A DNA stretch of 64,000 nt from a virus. Each line of letters starts with the position of its first letter. The first letter of the stretch is position 1. This document shows, in pieces, positions 19,048-28,004 of the stretch. The DNA lies in IMG/VR virus record IMGVR_UViG_3300027704_000008, positions 1 through 64,000 of that record. The stretch is one strand, 5' to 3'. The position numbers and the translations under genes are program-made. The notes under the pieces were generated by a model. That model was not told the origin of the DNA. It did no database searches and worked only from the letters and a program-made list of their open reading frames with translations.

Positions 19048-19769
19048 AACTCAATTTATTAACAGTGTGCACAGATTGGTATCCGTTAGAATACGCTAAC
19101 AAGCTGGTTAACCGTTTAAACGAAGTATCTCAATATGATATATCAAACTATTGCATAACAGATCGCGACATACAGTTTGCCGAACCAATCAAACCCAAGC
19201 TACCTCCAGGATCAGGCTGGTGGAATAAAACTCAGTTGTTTGACATTAATGGCCCATCCGGATGGAATTTATACATGGATATCGACATAGTCATTATAAA
19301 AGAGTTTGACCATGTGATAGATCATGTGATGCGTGAGGATAAACGAGACACAATAACTTGTGTCAGCGACGCCATCGGCTGGATGGATAATAAGTTTAGT
19401 TCGTCGTGGATGATGTTTTATAGAGGAGCGGGAGCAGATATTCCTACAACGTTTATGACCGACTCAAATAATATTATGAAACAACCTGGCGGTGATCAAG
19501 TGTGGATAGGTAAAACCATGCAGCCTAAGATAGAATACATTGATGATACCTTTCCACACTTAAAGAAGAACTTAAAATATGATCTGGGTTCAAAAATATT
19601 CGCCCCTTTGTCATCCACCCACCCTGTCAGATTGCCGGGGAGTAAATGGCAGTTCCCGACCGTCCTAGATAAAAGAGTATCTCTAGTTGACTGTGGAGGC
19701 AAACCTAAGCCACATGATCTCGAACAACTCGACTATATAAAGCGCAACTGGCACGACGTGAGGATATAA
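19044..19769 (+). CDS. GT8-like glycosyltransferase
   Basis: GWWNKTQLF, YMDIDIVI, FSSSWM, GGDQVWI, GKPKPH. Confidence 0.8.
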   Translation: MKLNLLTVCTDWYPLEYANKLVNRLNEVSQYDISNYCITDRDIQFAEPIKPKLPPGSGWWNKTQLFDINGPSGWNLYMDIDIVIIKEFDHVIDHVMREDKRDTITCVSDAIGWMDNKFSSSWMMFYRGAGADIPTTFMTDSNNIMKQPGGDQVWIGKTMQPKIEYIDDTFPHLKKNLKYDLGSKIFAPLSSTHPVRLPGSKWQFPTVLDKRVSLVDCGGKPKPHDLEQLDYIKRNWHDVRI

Positions 19770-20374
19770 TGTCAATAGTACACTTATTAGGAAACGGCGA
19801 CAGCGCCCAAATATTTAACAATGTCGAGAGGGAGCCAAAGGACAAGGTATTAATTTGCAATGTCCCACCGTTCACTGTCCGAAAAGTATTTGCGTGTATC
19901 ATGGTAGATTTCAAAATGATGGCAGCTCTTTCGGAAGGTAGTGTCAATTTAAATGCGTACGATTGGGTGTTGGGTACCAGACCACAGAGATATATGGAGA
20001 TGTTCCCTTCCTTCTATCTACAGTATGCCCCCCGCATCAAGGATTTTTATACCACAGTTCCTCCGTACGCTGGATCCGCCACCGACTTCAATTGTGGGCA
20101 TATGGCTGCACACTACGCTTGCTCTAAGTTGAAGTGCTCTGAGCTTCATATGTACGGTTTTGATAGCATATTCGATTACAGCCTGCGTAGCTCGTCGGAT
20201 CTGTTTCTGGAAAGCGATCGGGGTCAAATGAACAACCACCGTCTGATCAACATATGGCGGCCAATATGGGAAGGTATATTCAATGAGCACCCACAGGTTA
20301 AGTTTGTATTGCATCACACTCACAATAACGCTAAAATAGCCTTCCCCGACAACGTTGAAGTACGCACTCCCTAA
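19769..20374 (+). CDS. Rossmann-type transferase-like protein (GT29/GT42/DUF115-like)
   Basis: LLGNGDS...ICN...VD...NCGHMA...LHMYGFD pattern. Confidence 0.55.
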   Translation: MSIVHLLGNGDSAQIFNNVEREPKDKVLICNVPPFTVRKVFACIMVDFKMMAALSEGSVNLNAYDWVLGTRPQRYMEMFPSFYLQYAPRIKDFYTTVPPYAGSATDFNCGHMAAHYACSKLKCSELHMYGFDSIFDYSLRSSSDLFLESDRGQMNNHRLINIWRPIWEGIFNEHPQVKFVLHHTHNNAKIAFPDNVEVRTP

Positions 20375-20419
20375 AATGTTATAAGAAACACGATTCTTAT
20401 GCCAAAATGTTCTAAGAAA
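20373..20419. repeat. Two 16-bp direct repeats with 31-bp period, plus an inverted repeat
   Basis: AAAATGTTATAAGAAA (20373) and AAAATGTTCTAAGAAA (20404); ATAAGAA-N6-TTCTTAT at 20381-20400. Confidence 0.75.
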
Positions 20420-20450
20420 GATCGTTTATTTTGTCGTATTGACCCTTATA

Positions 20451-20521
20451 AATCAACAAGTTACAATCCCGCACTATCAGCGGGGTGACAAGTAGCACAT
20501 TTCCCGGATCCAGTGTATAAT
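20451..20521 (+). promoter_or_regulatory. IHF-consensus site followed by a probable early promoter
   Basis: AATCAACAAGTTA matches WATCAANNNNTTR; TGTATAAT with TATAAT at 20516-20521 and a poor -35. Confidence 0.55.
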
Positions 20522-20554
20522 AGCTACATTGAAACGAGAAATGAAGGGAAGATT

Positions 20555-21016
20555 ATGGCAGCGCACAACCCCAGCAAATATAACGCAATTCAGTCAGTAT
20601 ACGACGATCCAATTGATCAACAGTATTTTGACGATTACGGTTTTGTGTATTGTCCGGACCCTCAATGTCAGGTTCATCTTGACAACGGTATGTCAGTACA
20701 CGACCCGCTCGAGGAGAAGCGGTTTCAACACAAGAAATATCAGTACTGTTGCTTAGGTTGTTGTGGAGAGTTTGGTCCTCCGATCGACAAGGGACCTTTT
20801 GTCAAAATTGAGAAGAAGAAAGGAAAAGCCCACCCCAAGAATATGTCACTGCGAGCCCTCGTTATTGCTTACTTGAACGAGTTTGGTTTGTGTATCGTCC
20901 GCGGCCGTCGACCAGTATCTCACTTAGTGAACGAGATTGCCATGGAGTTTGACATCAGTAAAGCTAACGCTCGATATTACGTTTCTCGAGTGTGGGTGGG
21001 ACCAGCATCTAAATAG
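20555..21016 (+). CDS. Cys-rich zinc-binding protein with a C-terminal HTH-like motif
   Basis: Start moved to MAAHNP (after AAGGGAAG); CPDPQC and CLGC; IAMEFDISKANARYY. Confidence 0.6.
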   Translation: MAAHNPSKYNAIQSVYDDPIDQQYFDDYGFVYCPDPQCQVHLDNGMSVHDPLEEKRFQHKKYQYCCLGCCGEFGPPIDKGPFVKIEKKKGKAHPKNMSLRALVIAYLNEFGLCIVRGRRPVSHLVNEIAMEFDISKANARYYVSRVWVGPASK

Positions 21017-21039
21017 GAATAATATTCGGTTCAAGAGTG

Positions 21040-21068
21040 TTGACCCCTATTTAAAAGTCGTGTATAAT
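21040..21068 (+). promoter_or_regulatory. sigma70-type promoter
   Basis: TTGACC-N17-TATAAT. Confidence 0.75.
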
Positions 21069-21094
21069 TACATCTTAACTATCTAGGAGATACT

Positions 21095-21316
21095 ATGAAT
21101 ATTCCGCACATGGCAATAGTCGATGGTCACATCGGTGATCCTGTAATCGTTACTCAAGGAGAGATTGGTTTTAAGGAGTTGCACGGAGAGATGACGGGAG
21201 AACGTATCTCGAAGTTCAATGAGACTATGGGGGCAGATACATTAGAGAAGCTGGAAGCAATGAAAGCTGCATCGATGTTTGGATGGGAAATCCCAATGCT
21301 TGATGTGTTTAAGTAG
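21095..21316 (+). CDS. Hypothetical protein
   Basis: AGGAG RBS and its own promoter; AMKAASMFGW motif. Confidence 0.7.
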   Translation: MNIPHMAIVDGHIGDPVIVTQGEIGFKELHGEMTGERISKFNETMGADTLEKLEAMKAASMFGWEIPMLDVFK

Positions 21317-21321
21317 TCACG

Positions 21322-21753
21322 ATGGACATACAGTTCGGCAAGAGAGTTACACTCAATATGAGGGCGTACGCTAAATTCTGCGCCGACTTGATTGGATTGG
21401 ATGGGGATGTGCTGATAAACTTATGCGAGGGCACACTTGAGGGGGGTTCGTACGGTCTTTGTTGGGGTGACACTCGCCCCGTAGAGATCATTATATCGTC
21501 TAGATCAGACGATTACTTTCTTACTCAGGAGGACATATTGAGGACCTTGGGGCACGAGCTAGTACACGCTAAACAATATTTATCTGGTAACTTAATTCCC
21601 CCCGAGGACCCAACGGGTTTTGATACCTGGAGAGGTGTCATATATGAATATGCTCCTGAAGAGGAGATAAATATGCCGTGGGAGATCGAAGCGGCATATC
21701 TTGAGCAAGAGATTTATAGCAGATACATAACTCAGCAACAACAATGTGAATAG
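21322..21753 (+). CDS. HExxH zinc metallopeptidase-like protein
   Basis: TLGHELVHAKQY...PWEIEA. Confidence 0.8.
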   Translation: MDIQFGKRVTLNMRAYAKFCADLIGLDGDVLINLCEGTLEGGSYGLCWGDTRPVEIIISSRSDDYFLTQEDILRTLGHELVHAKQYLSGNLIPPEDPTGFDTWRGVIYEYAPEEEINMPWEIEAAYLEQEIYSRYITQQQQCE

Positions 21754-21881
21754 ACACCTAATAATTATAATACTAATGCTCGCGGGTGCAATTGAGTTGT
21801 CGTGGTACTGGAATGTATACCCGATATGAGTAACACCAAAAAAGATCACCGCCAATAATTATAATATGGCGATAATAATGT

Positions 21882-21889
21882 TATAAATA
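21882..21889 (+). promoter_or_regulatory. T4-type late promoter
   Basis: TATAAATA upstream of the first beta-helix gene. Confidence 0.7.
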
Positions 21890-21925
21890 GATGCACAATA
21901 CACCCACTTGCATCTTGAGGGATAC

Positions 21926-23278
21926 ATGGCTTATACTAAACCAGTTCTAACCACGACATCCATAATCTGCCAATCAAACATGGTATATGATGGTCATGGT
22001 CAAACCATCTACGGCCGGATCATCGATGATGATGGTAACATTATATCTCAACATAATCATAGTAGTAATTCTACTCCGGATTATAGATTCACAGCTTTCA
22101 AAATTCCTGCGGGTACTGAGAATGTCACTATTAAAAACTGGAATTTCGTTAACGTCAGCATGGTCGTTCTTTTTCAGTCCCCCCCCGGTAATAATTCCAC
22201 CCAGAACCAGGTGCCGTGGCCATACAGCAGCAACATCCACATAGACAATTGCACATTGCACTCGGATCCAGCACCGTTTCCATTTATCAATTACTGGGGA
22301 CAATCTGTGCTATTTGACGCCGCGGGGAAAAAACTGTATGACACCAACTCGGGGATGTTTGTATATGGTGGAACTGGAATACGGCCCAGAAACTGTTCAC
22401 TTACCAGCTGTCGAGCTACTGGAAATGCGCGGTTGCTAATTGGAGGCCAGCATTCTATGGGATGGCTGATTGCCGATAATTATTGCAAGGGTGCTGAAGA
22501 CACTTGCATATACATGAAAGGAAATTTTAATAGGATTTATCGCAACACTATTATAAATTCTGGTAAGGATGGTATAAAGGTGTTGCAGAATCCTTACATA
22601 GATCCGGTGACTGGTCTCAGATCAGTTACTGTTGCCGGAAGTGCAACAGTAACTCCAGATAACGGTGCGTTGGACGTTAACCAGTTATGGAGCTACAGCC
22701 ACATAGCCGGCAACTACGTTGAAAACCATAGTCAAATAAAACCTGATGGTGGGGGGTGCATCATGATATGGACTCCAGGGAACCTTATAGAAAATAACGT
22801 AGTAAAAAACACCGTCTGGGGTAACACCGGCGACAAGCTCGATCCAGATTCATATACTGGTGGTGACGTTACAAATGCCAACCACATCGCGCAGGCGGGA
22901 GGTAAGCATAATGTAACCGGTGTTGAGATCGCCGGCGGCGTCACCGCTGGCGGCGACAAAAATGGCATTAACGTCACGAATAAAGGTATATGGAATACTT
23001 TGAGAAATAATATAAACATCCTACCTCACCCAGACAGTAACATCTATCGTGCCAACAAGTGGACCGGTGTAACAGTTAATACTGAATATGCCAAACCCGA
23101 CCCCGCCGACAATACCGAACCTCACCCAACTGATTCGTTTTGGCCTGACGCGTGGAATGCCTATTCAACCTTCGATAGTCAAAACAACGAGGAAATACGA
23201 ATAGTGCTTGACGAAGAACAGTATAACGATCCAGATAAGCATGACTTTCTCTTTTTAGCTAAAAAGAGATACTCATAA
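21926..23278 (+). CDS. Right-handed parallel beta-helix (pectin lyase-like) protein
   Basis: Start moved to MAYTKP (GAGG RBS); repeated ENVTIKN, NIHIDNC, IADNYC, IYRNTI, IAGNYV, IENNVV rungs. Confidence 0.75.
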   Translation: MAYTKPVLTTTSIICQSNMVYDGHGQTIYGRIIDDDGNIISQHNHSSNSTPDYRFTAFKIPAGTENVTIKNWNFVNVSMVVLFQSPPGNNSTQNQVPWPYSSNIHIDNCTLHSDPAPFPFINYWGQSVLFDAAGKKLYDTNSGMFVYGGTGIRPRNCSLTSCRATGNARLLIGGQHSMGWLIADNYCKGAEDTCIYMKGNFNRIYRNTIINSGKDGIKVLQNPYIDPVTGLRSVTVAGSATVTPDNGALDVNQLWSYSHIAGNYVENHSQIKPDGGGCIMIWTPGNLIENNVVKNTVWGNTGDKLDPDSYTGGDVTNANHIAQAGGKHNVTGVEIAGGVTAGGDKNGINVTNKGIWNTLRNNINILPHPDSNIYRANKWTGVTVNTEYAKPDPADNTEPHPTDSFWPDAWNAYSTFDSQNNEEIRIVLDEEQYNDPDKHDFLFLAKKRYS

Positions 23279-23350
23279 TAGTGTATACAAATAAATGTTT
23301 TTTTATTTTTCAATAAATAGAAGAAGAACCACAAATAGAGAGAGAGTAGT

Positions 23351-24490
23351 ATGGCAAGCATAATATGCGAATCCAACGTTGTTTATGACGGGCGAGGGCA
23401 GGTGATTGAAGGTGAAAATATAGCCTTTGTAATTAACGCTGGAGTGAGCAACGTTGTCATTAAGAACTATGTTTTTAAGAACTGTAAATATGGCATTCGC
23501 GGGGCGCGGACATTTAGTGGAAGCGCCATCTACTTAGGAGCAGAATCTACCAACATTGCTGTTGAGGATAATGAATATCATAATGACTACCACACGCCGG
23601 AGATACCCGCGGTGCCCTTTTTCTCTCCATCAGTACCAGCATATGCACCCGTTCCTGGTTCCAGTACTGGGGAGGGGTGGTTAGTCGCGGGCGGTGGTAT
23701 AATGCACGATGTTCGGATAACGAACAATAGATGCACGGGGGGAGCTAATATTGCCGCTACGGGCACGTTTACAGCCCCCGACTCCGACGGAACCGGCAAC
23801 GGGATCTCGGGCCCCGCTGGCAGACTCGACTGGTTCAGGAGCCGAACGTGGGATATATCATCCAATAGCAGCGATGGGTGTCTGGGCAGTTCTATAAAGC
23901 TCAACGGATGGGGGCATCAAATTACGGGGAACCATATTAAGAATAGCGGCAAGGAAGCTATATCGGTTAACCCAATGCAGAAGGATATTGAGAAAGAATA
24001 TCCCAGCCTGACGAAAAACGTAAATCACTGGGACGTTGCACAAGGTGCACACTTCATTGCCTACAACAACATCCAAGAATATGGGCTTAAAGATTCTTCC
24101 TCTGAGGGAGCTATTTCCATTAGACAACCGATGACCAGGGTTGAAAACAACATCGTTAAGGTGACATCACGGGGACTACAAGATTCGGATGTGTTCAAGA
24201 CAGCATACTTTTACAGTAACATGGCGCCCTTTTTATTCAGCTATGATAACATTGCTAGGATGGGAGGCGACTCCGCAACGAGCTTTTTCCGCCCATATAC
24301 CCTGCAAGCGGGCGTAGTGCCGTCCAATTACCCCGATGACTCTCCGGGTGGTACACAGTACTCTACAATATGGCCAGTGACAAAGATGATTGTCAACGAT
24401 GATTCAGCCACTTACGCGGGCTGGTCATTACTTGAAAGAAATGACCGCTTCTTCGATAGTGACTATATTATTCCTATTATTAAGTTATGA
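23351..24490 (+). CDS. Second beta-helix protein, paralog of 21926-23278
   Basis: SIICESNVVYDGRGQVI vs SIICQSNMVYDGHGQTI; NVVIKN, ITNNRC, ITGNHI, VENNIV rungs. Confidence 0.75.
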   Translation: MASIICESNVVYDGRGQVIEGENIAFVINAGVSNVVIKNYVFKNCKYGIRGARTFSGSAIYLGAESTNIAVEDNEYHNDYHTPEIPAVPFFSPSVPAYAPVPGSSTGEGWLVAGGGIMHDVRITNNRCTGGANIAATGTFTAPDSDGTGNGISGPAGRLDWFRSRTWDISSNSSDGCLGSSIKLNGWGHQITGNHIKNSGKEAISVNPMQKDIEKEYPSLTKNVNHWDVAQGAHFIAYNNIQEYGLKDSSSEGAISIRQPMTRVENNIVKVTSRGLQDSDVFKTAYFYSNMAPFLFSYDNIARMGGDSATSFFRPYTLQAGVVPSNYPDDSPGGTQYSTIWPVTKMIVNDDSATYAGWSLLERNDRFFDSDYIIPIIKL

Positions 24491-24501
24491 CAATTTAATG
24501 G

Positions 24502-24530
24502 TTGACTATAATCCCTTATTCAAGTATAAT
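24502..24530 (+). promoter_or_regulatory. sigma70-type promoter
   Basis: TTGACT-N17-TATAAT; shares TTCAAGTATAAT with the nrdA promoter. Confidence 0.75.
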
Positions 24531-24572
24531 ATATGGTATTAACGTAAAAGCGCTTGAATAAGGGACTACATT

Positions 24573-24890
24573 ATGAACGACATAGTATACGTGGGTAGCT
24601 CAGCTGCGGGCCTAGCAAAGCTCGAAAACAATCACAGGAACGCCCATCAAATAGAGGGGTACACTGTCACTAAGTTCCGTGCCAATAAATGGCTCCAGGA
24701 AGGACAAGGTTGCTTCGAGTGGCTGGTATCTCCGGCAATGAGAACAGAGTTAGAGGTGCTGCAGCTAGAAAAAGCATTGATACAAAAATGGCTACCCAGA
24801 TATAATGAACAGTATGATCCTATCACTATCAAGAAAAATAAGTTTGATATGACCGTTAAGTATAGAGGTGTATACGGGGTGACATTGTGA
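24573..24890 (+). CDS. Small GIY-YIG-like nuclease
   Basis: IVYVGSS...LEKALIQKWLPRYN. Confidence 0.6.
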   Translation: MNDIVYVGSSAAGLAKLENNHRNAHQIEGYTVTKFRANKWLQEGQGCFEWLVSPAMRTELEVLQLEKALIQKWLPRYNEQYDPITIKKNKFDMTVKYRGVYGVTL

Positions 24891-25453
24891 AGTGGGTATT
24901 TTGTGACATTGAAACATTCAGCGTTAGAAAGAATGCCGTCATCCCTTCCCTGGGGATACTATCAATTGAGATAAATGATGAGGCTCTGGATTATACATAT
25001 AAGGATTGCCTCGCTCTAGCTGACTCTGTCAAGTTAGACATGGATGAGCAATTGACCGCGGGTCGACACATTATGAAAGAGACCATGGATTGGTGGAGCA
25101 AGCAAGATAAGGCTGCGCTGGCTAGTGTCACTCCTGATGGCAGTGAAGTTTCCATACTCGAGTTTCACAAGTGGCTAGACCAGTTTGGTGATATCAAAAA
25201 TGCTACCTGGTGGTTCAGAGGACCACATTTCGATGCCGCTATCATGGAGTCGCTATTTGAAGACTTTAACATCAGAGCGCCATGGAACTTCTGGGCAGTT
25301 AGAGACACACGCACGTGGTTTGAGTGTTATACGGACCATGCTAAGATACAAGGGGATCCTCCTAAGGCATTTGTAGCCCATGATCCAAAACATGATGTCG
25401 CATTAGACTGCTGGTCTATGCTTCAGGTGATGAAAGAACGGATGAGAGACTAG
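24887..25453 (+). CDS. dexA: DEDDh 3'-5' exonuclease (DexA-like)
   Basis: CDIETF, TMDWWSKQ, RGPHFDAAI, PWNFWAVRDTRT, HDPKHD. Confidence 0.8.
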   Translation: MKWVFCDIETFSVRKNAVIPSLGILSIEINDEALDYTYKDCLALADSVKLDMDEQLTAGRHIMKETMDWWSKQDKAALASVTPDGSEVSILEFHKWLDQFGDIKNATWWFRGPHFDAAIMESLFEDFNIRAPWNFWAVRDTRTWFECYTDHAKIQGDPPKAFVAHDPKHDVALDCWSMLQVMKERMRD

Positions 25454-25489
25454 TCCTATATAATTAGTGTTCGCAAACAGGAGTATATA

Positions 25490-25750
25490 ATGAGAAAGCA
25501 ACAAACGGCAGCGCGTAAAGCAAGATCCACCCGCAACCGCCACAACGGCAAGATCAACCTTTGGAAGAATCATGTTATACAACATGGTAAGACGTACACG
25601 GACAACGCTGGACAGATATTTCACGCATTGCCGAAGTCTGAGTGGATTCAAGACCCCACCGCTATTAATGGCGATGGTGAATTAGATACAACAAAAGGCA
25701 AGTGGAAAATCACCTCGTCAATTATAAAGGTCAACGGCGAGGTTCAGTGA
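25490..25750 (+). CDS. Basic hypothetical protein
   Basis: AGGAG RBS; Arg/Lys-rich N-terminus. Confidence 0.65.
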   Translation: MRKQQTAARKARSTRNRHNGKINLWKNHVIQHGKTYTDNAGQIFHALPKSEWIQDPTAINGDGELDTTKGKWKITSSIIKVNGEVQ

Positions 25751-26037
25751 GCGGCTTCACCCGCATGCGAGGATGTATCCTAATAGGAATATGGACGGTA
25801 TCAACCCTTTTACTGCTATCATTGATGCCAACCACAACGGCCCATACCCCATACGTCATTGATGAAGATCAATTAGTACCTTTGATTACACAGCTATGTA
25901 CAGCCAAGATTGATGCTGCAATCATTCGAACAAAAACTAATCCATCGAATGATGTTTTAATAATCATGATGAGGGAATGCATACAAGATGAGATTAATAA
26001 CCTAACTGTCCGTACCATCCCCCACGATCATTCATAG
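25747..26037 (+). CDS. Hypothetical membrane or secreted protein
   Basis: GTGA overlap start; hydrophobic CILIGIWTVSTLLLLSL segment. Confidence 0.5.
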   Translation: MSGFTRMRGCILIGIWTVSTLLLLSLMPTTTAHTPYVIDEDQLVPLITQLCTAKIDAAIIRTKTNPSNDVLIIMMRECIQDEINNLTVRTIPHDHS

Positions 26038-26049
26038 GAGACATTAACC

Positions 26050-26163
26050 ATGTCCGGAAATGATATAATCTTTGGCTATAGTGGATTATGCCTGTTGATT
26101 TATACACTATACACAATTACAAATGATAATATATATCGAGGAAAACATAATGAATATAGGTGA
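26050..26163 (+). CDS. Small hydrophobic peptide, 37 aa (not in the ORF track)
   Basis: AGGAG RBS; MSGNDIIFGYSGLCLLIYTLYTIT.... Confidence 0.45.
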   Translation: MSGNDIIFGYSGLCLLIYTLYTITNDNIYRGKHNEYR

Positions 26164-26428
26164 CATAACAACACTCGTAACCCCAGCTGGGGAGTTTGTG
26201 GGGAGGCTCAAGTCTGTTAAGGATGACACTGGCGTGTATGTTTTATCTGACCCTCGGATGTTTATGCATGATGACCAACGCGGATCTGGACTAATACCCG
26301 GAGTGTCGATGACTGGGGAACAGGATCCAGCCGAAGCGATATTTCACATGGTAGTGGTTGCTCATAAGTCTTCGAAAGAAACTGAAGAGGCCTGGATGTC
26401 TGCCACATCGGGTATAGTTTTAACATAG
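26150..26428 (+). CDS. Conserved small beta-barrel (Sm-like) hypothetical protein
   Basis: Start moved to MNIGDITTLV (GAGG RBS); GEFVGRL; C-terminal ATSGIV. Confidence 0.65.
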   Translation: MNIGDITTLVTPAGEFVGRLKSVKDDTGVYVLSDPRMFMHDDQRGSGLIPGVSMTGEQDPAEAIFHMVVVAHKSSKETEEAWMSATSGIVLT

Positions 26429-26616
26429 TGGCTGGTAAGGGTGACAAGAGAATCCCCGCTCAGGTCTCATCGAAACAAGTTTCCGATAACTGGGATAGAG
26501 TATTTGGTAATCGCGGGGAAGAGAAGGTGGTTCGCCCCGATGATGGCAACAGTAAGTCCACCGACAATGAAGCCGAAGCCATACAGGCGGGGCTCGATAA
26601 AGGAGAAGGGCCGTGA
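26428..26616 (+). CDS. Small hypothetical protein
   Basis: GKGDKR...DNWDRVFG motif; coupled to both neighbours. Confidence 0.6.
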   Translation: MAGKGDKRIPAQVSSKQVSDNWDRVFGNRGEEKVVRPDDGNSKSTDNEAEAIQAGLDKGEGP

Positions 26617-26882
26617 CAAAAAAGAAATATTACAACCTTGATGGTACTGAACGTGATATAGCCAAGCTAAAGGATGAATATGTGGTTTGGTGGGCGGCGG
26701 TAAGGCCAATCTTGTGGGAGTTTATTACTCTCGAGGGCGGTGTGTCTAACATTGGTCATAACTTTACGGACTTATTTGTCGAGGGCCGCAGAGCTAGTCC
26801 ATATTTTAGTGGACACGTTGGAGCGGTAGTTGTTCCAATTGGGATAGTATCGTTCTGTTGGATAGTTGCATATATACTGTAA
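26613..26882 (+). CDS. Hypothetical membrane protein
   Basis: C-terminal hydrophobic helix; GTGA overlap. Confidence 0.55.
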   Translation: MTKKKYYNLDGTERDIAKLKDEYVVWWAAVRPILWEFITLEGGVSNIGHNFTDLFVEGRRASPYFSGHVGAVVVPIGIVSFCWIVAYIL

Positions 26883-26950
26883 CGCCTAGCGGGTATCTAA
26901 CTTATAAATAGATTTACGTTCAATCAATTTACTGTTATATCTGGGTACTG

Positions 26951-27202
26951 ATGCATGATATGTATATAATATATGTAAGTTTGTCCGCCGTGTTAATTAT
27001 TTCCGTAATAGGGTTATCCACCGTTCACTTGTTGCGGTGCGAATTAACCAGTCAACTAGACGCGATGGCTTCCCTGGGATATGGTGTTCGAAGTTTGCGA
27101 GAGCTAACATCAGCACGAGAACCTAGCCCAGATATACCAGATGCAGCTTTAGTTGCTGCATACAAAGATGCATCGGAAATAGTGAATGGACCAAAAAAGT
27201 GA
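26951..27202 (+). CDS. Hypothetical membrane-anchored protein, probably late
   Basis: N-terminal TM helix; TATAAATA at 26903-26910. Confidence 0.55.
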   Translation: MHDMYIIYVSLSAVLIISVIGLSTVHLLRCELTSQLDAMASLGYGVRSLRELTSAREPSPDIPDAALVAAYKDASEIVNGPKK

Positions 27203-27203
27203 C

Positions 27204-27458
27204 TTAACCATCTTTGTAAATAGCCGTTAACCTTTTTTCAAATTCCAATACCTTCTCTAGCCTATTTGGCCAAAGAATATACTCATTTTCTGGATTCTTC
27301 TTCAGATTGTCTAAGAGTGGAGCAATAGCCTCATACAATCTATCCGCCCTACCACCCTCACTAGCTAACTCACTGCGGAGTTTTTCGGCTTCTGTGTGAT
27401 CCTGCAATTCACTTTCACTGACTGCTGTGAATCCAAAATCAAAAATATCATCACTCAT
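27204..27458 (-). CDS. Conserved T4-like hypothetical protein
   Basis: Start moved to MSDDIFDFGFTAVSE; PLLDNLKKNPENEYILWPNR motif. Confidence 0.75.
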   Translation of the reverse strand: MSDDIFDFGFTAVSESELQDHTEAEKLRSELASEGGRADRLYEAIAPLLDNLKKNPENEYILWPNRLEKVLEFEKRLTAIYKDG

Positions 27459-27471
27459 ATCATTTGCCCCG

Positions 27472-27500
27472 TTGACTAATGCATTATATATGCGTATAAT
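27472..27500 (+). promoter_or_regulatory. sigma70-type promoter
   Basis: TTGACT-N17-TATAAT. Confidence 0.75.
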
Positions 27501-27528
27501 AGATTCTAAAGTTATGAAGGAGAAGTAA

Positions 27529-27696
27529 ATGAGACATTCTGTCCGCACTAAGTCACAACGTAGGACTCAAGCTATTGCACAAGCTAGAGAATATACCTTT
27601 GAAAACTCGAAGGCAGCTCGCAAAAATATCTCTCAAGAGAAATGGCAAGAGCAACATAACGCTCGTATTCAACACCTGGAATCAATCCGAGACTAG
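27529..27696 (+). CDS. Small basic protein, 55 aa (not in the ORF track)
   Basis: AAGGAG RBS right after the promoter; MRHSVRTKSQRRTQAIAQAREY...ESIRD*. Confidence 0.7.
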   Translation: MRHSVRTKSQRRTQAIAQAREYTFENSKAARKNISQEKWQEQHNARIQHLESIRD

Positions 27697-27707
27697 AGGC
27701 ATATATT

Positions 27708-28004
27708 ATGACTACTGAATCAAAAGCAGCACAACAGGTCGAGTTCCTTCGTATCATGTTAGAGCAAGGTCCCACAGCCGTATCTTACCTCAAGAAAAAC
27801 GGAGAACTCCGCAACGGAGTGTTCACCCTCAACATGGACTTGATACCGGAGGACAAACGCCCTAAAAATTCTGGGCGGGCTTTATGTGAAGCTGAAATCA
27901 ACGGAACTCTCCTGAGAGCGTACGATACCTATCACGAAGCCTTTCGATCCATCAACGTTGATACTCTTATAAACATGGCCCCATTGACCGAGACTCAATT
28001 ATGA
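27708..28004 (+). CDS. SH3/WYL-like beta-barrel protein
   Basis: VSYLKKNGELR...TL...AYD...AFRSINVD. Confidence 0.7.
   Translation: MTTESKAAQQVEFLRIMLEQGPTAVSYLKKNGELRNGVFTLNMDLIPEDKRPKNSGRALCEAEINGTLLRAYDTYHEAFRSINVDTLINMAPLTETQL

Noticed and set aside
11286-20374. Glycan island as a T4-style DNA hypermodification locus
   Set aside because: No dNMP hydroxymethylase, thymidylate synthase homolog or recognisable DNA glucosyltransferase is in the window, and the GT families look like surface-glycan enzymes. It cannot be fully excluded without the rest of the genome.
20373-20419. Direct repeats as a mini-CRISPR array
   Set aside because: Only two 16-bp units with a 15-bp gap, and no cas genes.
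21746-21829. 27-aa hydrophobic ORF with a GTG start
   Set aside because: No clear RBS, and it could arise by chance in AT-rich sequence.
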